From a virus: 64,000 nucleotides of DNA. Of this stretch, positions 56,520 through 64,000 are shown in pieces. Where the stretch lies: positions 26,218-90,217 of IMG/VR virus record IMGVR_UViG_3300014202_001569, one strand, 5' to 3'. The notes under the pieces were generated by a model. The model was not told the origin of the DNA and searched no databases. It was given only the letters and a program-made list of their open reading frames with translations. How positions within the stretch are numbered: position 1 is the stretch's first letter; every line of letters starts with the position of its first letter. Both the position numbers and the translations under genes were made by a program.

Positions 56520-56730
56520 GCTTACCTTGGTACAATTGCAATTCTTTTTGCTTCTTGATCCAGTTGCGGTGCCGCTTGCGTCGTTTCTTTTTGGTTTTGG
56601 TTTCAAACGAACTATGGATTTTATGTTCTTTATCAATCCATCCTCGTTGTCTTTTCCATGCTTTGAGCATGTTTTTGAAAGCGTCAGGTTCCTCCTTTCG
56701 CTCTACTCTGAGCCGAACTATATTTGCCAT
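56491..56730 (-). CDS. rpsU: Ribosomal protein bS21-like
   Basis: VRLRVERKEE..AFKNMLKAWKRQ.GWI.KE.K....FETKTKKKRRKR parallels bS21 (V...E..E.ALRRFKR...G...E......YEKPS.KR.RK). Confidence 0.5.
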   Translation of the reverse strand: MANIVRLRVERKEEPDAFKNMLKAWKRQRGWIDKEHKIHSSFETKTKKKRRKRHRNWIKKQKELQLYQGKHDPLQSPAR

Positions 56731-56770
56731 TTATAATGAGGGGTACGTTTTGCCCTCATTATCATTATAG

Positions 56771-58976
56771 TTACTCTTGCGCAATTCCTTCCAGAGCGGC
56801 GACCAATCGGGCCTTGGTAGCTGGATCATTACGCAATTCCTTGAAGGTATTTTCAAGGGAGAATGATTTGACAAGTTCATTGACGAGTCGCTTGCGGAGC
56901 GCCGACTTCAATTCATTCTTAAACTCAGGTTCCTGAATGACTTCATGGACGGTTTCTTGGAGAAGGGACGACAGCCCTTGCATCTTGCTTACTGCATCCT
57001 TAATAACGCCATCAAAGGGGCTATTATAGCCGAACAGATTACGTTTTAGATAATCTTTCAGCCCTTCGTTGACGGCGCTGATAACAGCGGTGTGGGTCAG
57101 GTCCACGACTTCGGTTTCAATACTCATATTTGATCCATTCTACGGCTGCTTGGTTGTTAGCTGGGAAGAACGAGATAGCGTATGCTTGGGCTTCGTAGAA
57201 ATTAGCGAATGATTTAACGAAGGCCGTTTCGGGCAACAAAGGTATTTTATAATCTTTGGCGTAGACGGCATTAACGGTAACATAATAGGGAGTTGGGCCA
57301 TCGAGTATGGTTACTCTTCCTATTTCGATTGGGCCAAGGCGTGCGACATAATACATACTCTATTTAGTCGCTAGTTTAATTTCGGTGATGGACAGGACGG
57401 CATTTTTGTTAATACGGATGGTAGTGGTGCCCGTCAGGTCAATCAGGGTAACGCAATCGGGTTCAACGGCGACGATTTTATGGGTGCCAGCGCCGTCGAA
57501 AACCGTGATCTTATAGCCTGCCGTAACTTCTTTCACAGACACATCTTGGCCCTTTTTGAGTGGGGCGAAGAAATCAGCGAAGGAGGTGGAAGCCAGGGCA
57601 AGAATCAGGATAAGGGAAGCAATCTTAGCCATAGACCAGTTCTCCGAAAAGGGCGCATTGGAGTAGAACGTCAGCGGTTTCGGCGTCGTCATTTTCATCC
57701 ACGATGTTCTGGAAGTGTTGTGGGTACTTTTTGGCCATAACATCGAAGCCAATGAACAGTTTTTCGCGGGTTAAAGTATGTTTTGTATTTTCGCTATCCA
57801 CGATACCCATAGCGCCATCCTTGATGGTAGGCAGGATATAGGCGGGGTGCCAAGTTGAGCCAATGGAATCGGGCACTGAGCGCTTGCCGCCTTCCTTGAA
57901 ATCATCCAGGGTGGTGTCAGGGGGACAAATGTACTTGTCCAGTTTCATCCAGTAATTGCTGCCGCCTTCAAAGGCACTGACCAGCAGATTGCGGGTGGTT
58001 TCCAGGGTGACATTATGCTGAATGGTGACGGTTTTGAAGGTTGTTTCAGGCATTATATTTCCCCGTAGTGGTGAGACGCATTACCAAAGGTTTTATCTTG
58101 GGCTAAATCATCGAACAGGGTGGGCGGTGTTCGGATATTAAGTTCAGCCAAGACAGTCTTGACTTGCTCCAGGGTCATTGCGGGATTAGGAAGATTAAGG
58201 TTGCTGAAAACATAATTATCGTTTTCAGCATATAAATCCTTTTCATCTTCCACGACGAGGAAATACTGTTGTAGTGGGCGGTCCCATCCCGTCATGATGT
58301 GGAGGTTATCTTGCTTAAACCGACGCTGGGACATTCTTGTTCTCCAGATAGGCGTTAATACCCTTGTAGGTATAAGGGATATTAAGGCGTTTGCAGGTGG
58401 CTTTGATTGCGCGGCCATCCTTGTTATAGGTGCCAGCGCGGAACGCTTGGATCATTTTGGCGGCGACGGTTGGGACATTTTCAACAGGCCAGACGTACTC
58501 TTCGGGGTACTTGAGGACAGCCTTTTCAAGTTCCTCGGTGTAGGTCTGAGCGAAGGTATCGAAGTTAGTCATTTGGTTCTCCATGCTATGATTGGTACAA
58601 TTGCAATTAGGGGGCTAGGCAGCTAGAGAACATTATGCCCCTCTAGCTACTCAGCTAAGCACCGCTTACCCCCTAATTATTCTGCTCCCCAGCCCGCGAG
58701 CAAGGTATTAACCTCGCCATTTCGCTTGAAATAAACCGCAACGACGGTTTCCCATTTCTCAGCCTGATCCAAGCAGAACTCTTCGGCTTCCTTGAACGAT
58801 TCAAACTCTTTATGGAGTTGGTAATCGACAGAGCGAACCGTCTGGAAATCACCGCTATAGCCTTCCTGATGGCCATTTTCGGAACGGTCATTGTCTTGGC
58901 GTTGGCGGAAAGCCTTATCAATATCGGTACGGGTGGCTTTACCCTTAATAACGTGATTGATATTAGTTGCGCCCAT
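56771..58976 (-). CDS. Tandem hypothetical ORFs (56771-57127, 57117-57356, 57360-57632 with signal peptide, 57625-58053, 58053-58334, 58315-58584, 58677-58976)
   Basis: ORF track and overlap pattern; 57360-57632 starts MAKIASLILILALASTSFA. Confidence 0.6.
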
Positions 58977-58978
58977 TA

Positions 58979-59287
58979 TTAACCTCCTAGAATTTCGTAG
59001 GCTGCTTGGACTTTAAGGAACATTTTCGCCGCATCTGCATCGCCAGGGTTACGGTCGGGGTGATATTTCATTGCCATTTTGCGGTAGGCAGTTTTAATAT
59101 CAGCCATCGTAGCGGTATTGTTAATACCTAGAATGTCATAGGGGCTAGAGCCGCCGACGACTTCCTTTGCCTTGTTAATACCCATACGGGTATTGAAGTT
59201 AGAAACCCATTCTTCGGGTGAGCCGTGGCCTTGGCTAGTATCATAGCGTTTCTTATAAACGCCCATGAAATCTTTCTTTTCCTTCAT
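58979..59287 (-). CDS. J-domain (DnaJ) protein
   Basis: SPYDILGI...IKTAYRKMAMKYHPDRN...F..V..AYEIL. Confidence 0.9.
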   Translation of the reverse strand: MKEKKDFMGVYKKRYDTSQGHGSPEEWVSNFNTRMGINKAKEVVGGSSPYDILGINNTATMADIKTAYRKMAMKYHPDRNPGDADAAKMFLKVQAAYEILGG

Positions 59288-59547
59288 CGTGCCTCCAACT
59301 TAACTTCATGGGGACGTTCGTAGCAAGGAAGACGCAGGACTTCGAGGTGTTTACAGTGGCGATAGCGACGATAGCCAGGGCAAGAGCAAGCGAAGTGTCG
59401 CTTATTCTTATTCTGAGCCACGATATAAACGCGGTCAGACGTTTGGGACCGAATCTCAAAGCGATTGGTCCATTGAGCGTTATCGGGAAGCACAGAATCG
59501 ACACGAAGGACAGGGACATTGGTACGAACAGCGGGAACAGTGTTCAT
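59284..59547 (-). CDS. SWIM-type Zn-finger protein
   Basis: YIV...CSCPGY....CKHL. Confidence 0.8.
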   Translation of the reverse strand: MNTVPAVRTNVPVLRVDSVLPDNAQWTNRFEIRSQTSDRVYIVAQNKNKRHFACSCPGYRRYRHCKHLEVLRLPCYERPHEVKLEAR

Positions 59548-59559
59548 TGTTACTCCTGT

Positions 59560-62287
59560 TTAGTGATCGTTGCCCCTAGTTTGGTACAATTGCAATTCGT
59601 CTTGTCTTGCCTTTATTTCCTTTTGGAGTGCTTCCAATTTAGCTGTATTCAAGCCTAAATGGGGAGCGAGTTTTAGTTCGCGGGCCAGACATTCATCGTC
59701 CATCTGGATCAATTGCATTTTGTATAGCAATATACCTGATGTGGGGATTAGAGTCTTTTTTGCTGGTCGCATGGTAGCCGCCTGAAAACGAATTTATTAT
59801 TCAATAGGGTGTAGATGATAAGGGTATTACCATTTTCCACCTTAAGTCTTGGCTTCATTACAAGGTCATTAAAGCCAATGCCGTCTGAATAGAAGACAAG
59901 GTTGGCGCGTTGGCCGAGCAAGTCTTCAAATTCATTGTCGCTGACTGCGGTTAATTCATACATTAGGCTACGCGGCGAATAACCGCCTCCGTCCAGTTGT
60001 CGGTATAGGAATTACGACAATCTTGATAAGATTGGTGTTTAACGATTTCGATGATACCTTTGTCTCGCAGGGCGATCATGGCATTGAACTCACGATTGCC
60101 GTAGCTACCGTTTTTACGGTGGGTACGATAGCCGTGGAGGACAACGGTGATTTTATGCGGGTTGGCGTCGATGCGGCTTAACAGGGCTTGTTCTGTTTTG
60201 TTCATACCTTGACTGGTACAATTGCAATTACAGAGCTTCTGCTTTAGCCTTAACTTGAGGTGTTAATTCGCGGGATACTAGCACCCATTCGCCCGAATTG
60301 AGCATATTATCTAATGGGTTCCATCCTTCTTCAAACTGGACGTGATTTTGTTTCTTATTAACGGACTTCACCTTACAGAAATAGCCGTGTTTATATCCCT
60401 TATTCTTGGGTAATACCCATACATCGCCAGGGAAAACCTCTCCGATGGTGAGCGGTGCGGTTCTGACCTTACGTTGTTCAGCCTTGAGTTTGGCTTTAAG
60501 AGTTTTGAACTCTTTGTTTAGTTCAGCCAGTTTTTGCTCAAGAGCTTCCATGATTTAACCCCAATTGATATAGTGCATTGCGCCTTCTGGCAACTTGGAA
60601 CGGGTGATGCCTTTGATCTTCAAAACATCCTCTGACCGATCATCGGGAATTTCTCTCCAATCGCCAGTTTTATGAAAGCTGAAATATCCTTCTGGCATGT
60701 AGCCAAGAGTACGTTTCAGCTTTTCCCTTGATCGGTGAGAGGTGGTTTTAATTATCATTAGATTCGCCCTTTAAGTTCAGGATACAATTCAGCCAGAGTT
60801 GGCGTGCGGCCCAATTCGGCAATCAGTGCCCGTTTTTCGGCATTCAGCTTTGCGGACATTTGACGGACATGGGTTGCCGATGCTTCGCCGTCACAACAGA
60901 GATTTTCGGGACTTAGCCCATTCTCAACGGAGCGTAGTTCATTGAGAATTTCCGCTTCGGTGCGCTTGGCTGCGGGTTTCTTACCCAGGTAGAGTTTCAC
61001 ACTTGCCGCTGCGAATTTATATCGCTTCTTATCGCTGAGCGATTCGGCAATGACGGGGTAGCGGGTAGAGCGTGGCTTGAGGCCAACGATACGATAGGTG
61101 CGAATGCCATCCCGAAATTCCTTGCCCAAATCATCGGGAGCAAGGCCATAGCGATGTGCCATGTATTTGAACTCATTAGCGGCGCGAGTCAATGCTTCGC
61201 CACTTTCGGCCAATTCAGCCAATTCAACCTTGAGCGTCAAGGTGGTGGAATCGAATTTACCACTGCCGATAGTAACCTTAATGTCATGTTCCTCCTCGAA
61301 CGCTTCGAGGTGGGTTTTCAGTGCTTCGGACAGGGTGCGAGCGGTGGTCTTATCCATGATATTCTCCTATTGGTTGTGCCTAGTTTGGTACAATTGCAAT
61401 TTCAGACCAGCCCGCCATTTCACAGCGGTAGAGTTTATTGTTTAGTTCCAATACATCGCCTACGGAGGTAGAGCGGCCTTGCTTGACGCATTGAACGTCT
61501 TCATTGAGCCACCATTCATTACTAATATGGTTGGTTAGCTCAAAGGCCACGTCTAGGTCATCCGTATCGACGTGAGCAACTAGCTCATAATCGGTAGGGA
61601 ATGCTAGTTGACTAAAGCCGAATGTAGGCTTAATAGCGTGCCAGACTTTAATCACTTTACTTTCTCCAATTTGACATTGGTGCCGCCCTTGGCCTTAGCT
61701 TCTTGAGCCAGGGCCAGAGCGTCCTTTTTATACCTAATCTGGCGTGGGAAATGGTCAGCCTTGAAATCCCAGCCCTTATTGCCGCCACGATAGGGAGCGG
61801 TCGCATGAACAAGATACATTTATTCTCCTTTAAGTGCCAACGAGGGTGCCGTCTTTGCGTCTGATTGTCCAAGCATTTTTGCCATCATCGGAGCGTGGCC
61901 ACTTACGAGCGTAAGCAAAACTCTCCAATGTATTCAATTCCATTTGCAGAGCAAATGAAATCATATTTTCACCTCTGGCACGGAAGTAGGCTAAGAGACA
62001 ATAATGGACTTTAAGAGCCTTGAATAACTCTTCATCGGTCCAAGCAATCTTAGTTCCCAGGTCTTTCGCCACTTCACGAAAATCGTTCGGTGTCATTAAA
62101 ACTCCACGACTGGAAGATGTTTGACGCTATGAGTTTCTTCAACGTAGGCATTTTCCGCATTCCAAGTATGGTCTTGGCTGCTGCGGTTAAATGACCGTAC
62201 AATTTCTAATGCCTTTTCAAAAGGCATTCCCTTGGACCGTCGTGATTCTTTGTAGTTCTTATGAACCACTACGCTGTAATTCATCAT
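59560..62287 (-). CDS. Tandem hypothetical ORFs (59560-59772, 59748-59963, 59963-60205, 60228-60551, 60555-60758, 60758-61357, 61380-61655, 61830-62096, 62096-62287)
   Basis: ORF track; abutting genes; two leaderless starts. Confidence 0.6.
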
Positions 62288-62309
62288 GCCCTCTTTGGTA
62301 CAATTGCAA

Positions 62310-62723
62310 TTAGAGCATACGACGCACTTCGCATTCCATGCTTTCATTATGGCTAAGATTGCGTGCTAGTTCATCTGCCGCCTCCCTAGTCAAATCCTTC
62401 TTAACTGGCACTGCATCCATGTGGGCTTCAACAACATCTTTAGCGTCTTTTAGGCCAGCACCAGTAACGGCACGATAAGCCTTAATAGCCTTAATCTTCT
62501 GGTTGGCGCTCCAGAACATGACGACTTGCCACTTATTATCGTTCAGGATAGTAAGTTTCTCAATAGGTACGTCAACGTGGAAGTTACCATCAAGATCGGC
62601 CACGATGGTCATTACGAAGCCATTCTTTTCATAAATGGCACGAATCTTACCAGTGGTTTCGCCTTCGCCGCCGACGTGAAAGGCATTGGTTTTGATGGTG
62701 GTATCGAGCAGATTAGTAATCAT
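62310..62723 (-). CDS. Protein with ribosomal bL12 C-terminal-domain-like region
   Basis: QKIKAIKAYRAVTGAGLKDAKDVVE...VKKDLTREAADEL. Confidence 0.75.
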   Translation of the reverse strand: MITNLLDTTIKTNAFHVGGEGETTGKIRAIYEKNGFVMTIVADLDGNFHVDVPIEKLTILNDNKWQVVMFWSANQKIKAIKAYRAVTGAGLKDAKDVVEAHMDAVPVKKDLTREAADELARNLSHNESMECEVRRML

Positions 62724-62725
62724 AA

Positions 62726-62902
62726 TTACCTCTTATTGGTATACACTTTGAGGATAGTATATTCGCAATCGCCCATCAGGTCAGCGGGGGTTTTGTCGAT
62801 ATAAGCGATACATTCGCCTTCGGTATCGGCACGGTGGACTTCATTCAGGCTTTCGCCCCTGATTTCGGCCACGATATACCTAGTCTTCATTGTGCCCTTC
62901 AT
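62726..62902 (-). CDS. Hypothetical protein (58 aa, not in track)
   Basis: Manual translation MKGTMKTRYIVAE...TNKR*. Confidence 0.5.
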   Translation of the reverse strand: MKGTMKTRYIVAEIRGESLNEVHRADTEGECIAYIDKTPADLMGDCEYTILKVYTNKR

Positions 62903-62955
62903 TTAGTTCTCCTATTGAAGAAAGGGCGGGTTGGCATTCCCCGCCCTGCGAGTGT

Positions 62956-63645
62956 TTACGCATCCTTCATGGTTGGCATGAGCCACAGCTTTTTAGAGCC
63001 GAATACAGCATTAGAAATAAGGCTGAATCGCCCCAAGAGAGCAAGCGTAGCTGGAGTATCATTTGCAAGACACTTATGCAGTTCTTCCCGCTTACGTTCA
63101 TCGCTGACATTAGCCAGCCGTTCCGCAAGCACTTCATTTTCAAGACACTGCACAATATCTTCGTGCAAATTGAAACCCTTAACAATCTTGAAGCGAATCG
63201 CCCTAAGAAGTCTGAGCGAATCTTCAAAGAAGCGGTCATACGCTTTGCCGACGCAACGAATGAGTCGGTTATCAAGATCAATTCGACCGTTGAACGGGTC
63301 GATATATTCGCCAGAGATTTCGTCCACGGCGATAGCATTCATGGTGAAGTCACGACGCGACAGGTCATCGTGTAGAGTGCCTACACTAACGCTATCGGGT
63401 CGGCGTCCATCCGAATACTGGCCATCCTTACGGCAGAGAACGAAGTCTGCTGGCAGCTTGCCCTTGATATGGGCACGAACGGTCCAGAATTGGGGAGATT
63501 CAAGGTAGATTTCGCCTTGATTCTTAACCCATTCGACCATAGCTTCGTAGGACGGCGCTTCCACGGCGAAGTCTAGGTCTTTGGAACGGACGCCCAGGAG
63601 TTCATCCCGAACAAATCCGCCCACTCGGTAAATTTTGATGTTCAT
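62956..63645 (-). CDS. cca: Second, short class II tRNA nucleotidyltransferase
   Basis: Start MNIKIYRVGGFVRD; KDLDFAV, YSDGRRPDSV loop, RRDFTMN, EDSLRLLRAIRF, ERKREE. Confidence 0.9.
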   Translation of the reverse strand: MNIKIYRVGGFVRDELLGVRSKDLDFAVEAPSYEAMVEWVKNQGEIYLESPQFWTVRAHIKGKLPADFVLCRKDGQYSDGRRPDSVSVGTLHDDLSRRDFTMNAIAVDEISGEYIDPFNGRIDLDNRLIRCVGKAYDRFFEDSLRLLRAIRFKIVKGFNLHEDIVQCLENEVLAERLANVSDERKREELHKCLANDTPATLALLGRFSLISNAVFGSKKLWLMPTMKDA

Positions 63646-63738
63646 TGTGTCCTCCTTGCTCAACTTGGTACAATTGCAATTCAGTCCCAAAAACAGGTAC
63701 GCTTGCATTTGCCGCAAGTGAAGAAGGGATAGTTCGGG

Positions 63739-64000
63739 TCATTCTGCGACTTGCCATTCTCATATAAACACGCCCCGCAATCGCAAAATGCGTTATGTTC
63801 GTGCATTTCCTTGCATTCGGTGCAAAGTTTCTTGCGTGCGCCTGATTCTACAAATTCCTTGGCATGTTCATAATCAATAAAGCCTTGCTCAATGATTTTA
63901 ATATCATCAATCAGGCCAGTATTGACGCGACAGTGCCAGAGGTTGAATGTAGTCAGACTATTATCCCGCTCAATGGTGCCTAAGATAATATCGCCCCGCT
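63739..64000 (-). CDS. Partial ORF with Cys/His cluster (runs off right edge)
   Basis: ...LCTECKEMHEHNAFCDCGACLYEWQVAE*. Confidence 0.5.

Larger units (their letters stand above)
28947..63681 (-). promoter_or_regulatory. Dispersed array of about 65 copies of TAATTSCRATTGTACCW, putative phage-specific early promoter
   Basis: On the + strand the motif reads ggtacaat(t/c)g(c/g)aatt. ggtac starts at 28947, 29200, 29411, 29927, 30240, 30517, 30808, 31054, 31311, 31655, 31908, 32274, 32524, 32864, 33146, 33451, 33837, 34056, 34384, 34667, 35003, 35449, 35669, 36004, 36363, 36610, 36957, 37330, 37666, 37968, 38247, 38757, 39090, 39410, 39555, 39990, 40433, 40670, 40896, 42085, 42547, 43243, 43851, 44116, 44559, 45053, 45588, 45840, 46694, 47004, 48135, 48643, 49419, 50938, 52881, 54286, 55039, 55370, 56529, 58594, 59583, 60215, 61387, 62297 and 63667. 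All copies share one orientation, upstream of minus-strand genes or RNAs; none was seen in 1-28.8 kb. Confidence 0.85.

Noticed and set aside
29590-63508. The many plus-strand and alternative-frame ORFs in the track, including NCNCTK-, MVQLQL- and MQLYHIRCP-containing peptides
   Set aside because: These are shadow ORFs of GC-rich minus-strand genes; the recurring peptides are just translations of the DNA motif
28947-63681. CRISPR array
   Set aside because: Spacing between repeats is irregular (about 145 to over 2000 nt), the intervals are intact ORFs with SDs, and there are no cas genes
28947-63681. Sigma70 or sigma54 promoter identity for the motif
   Set aside because: TTGCAA lies only about 8 nt from the putative -10, and the last T of TACCAT is not conserved (TACCAA and TACCAG are common). 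There is no GG-N10-GC sigma54 geometry on the coding strand.
1-64000. Diversity-generating retroelement, retron, IS or group I/II intron
   Set aside because: No reverse transcriptase, transposase or homing endonuclease motifs, and no TR/VR pair were recognised
1-64000. Specific host assignment
   Set aside because: No diagnostic host gene is present; GGAG SD usage and GC content are not sufficient

Overview
This is a 64-kb segment of a large T4-like myovirus genome; no host genes, integrase or RNA polymerase gene were recognised. Bases 1-28.4 kb are an AT-richer structural and late-type region. It holds a baseplate/tail module (gp6-, gp25-, gp5-, hub-, gp53-like proteins and an 1831-aa tape measure), a gp2-like protein, an inserted MTase plus putative endonuclease, a CCA-type nucleotidyltransferase, HAD and histidine phosphatases, and ClpP. 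Bases 28.8-64 kb are an almost purely minus-strand array of about 100 small genes. The array is punctuated by about 65 same-orientation copies of a 17-bp motif, TAATTSCRATTGTACCW on the minus strand (counted by eye). The motif behaves like a non-sigma70 promoter: seven ATGs and one structured-RNA 5' end lie exactly 9 nt after GTACC. Near 29-41 kb it is built into terminator-promoter-leader joints that cut the DNA into one-gene cassettes, with apparent recombination scars. The array also carries an RNA ligase, a Pnk-like kinase, tRNA-Glu, tRNA-Tyr, a second CCA-type enzyme, and bS21- and bL12-like proteins. It further encodes a 136-nt minimal tmRNA-like RNA directly downstream of an unknown 133-nt structured RNA, and 14 small proteins ending in an ssrA-like -AA. 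Product names come from motif recognition only; no database search was run.
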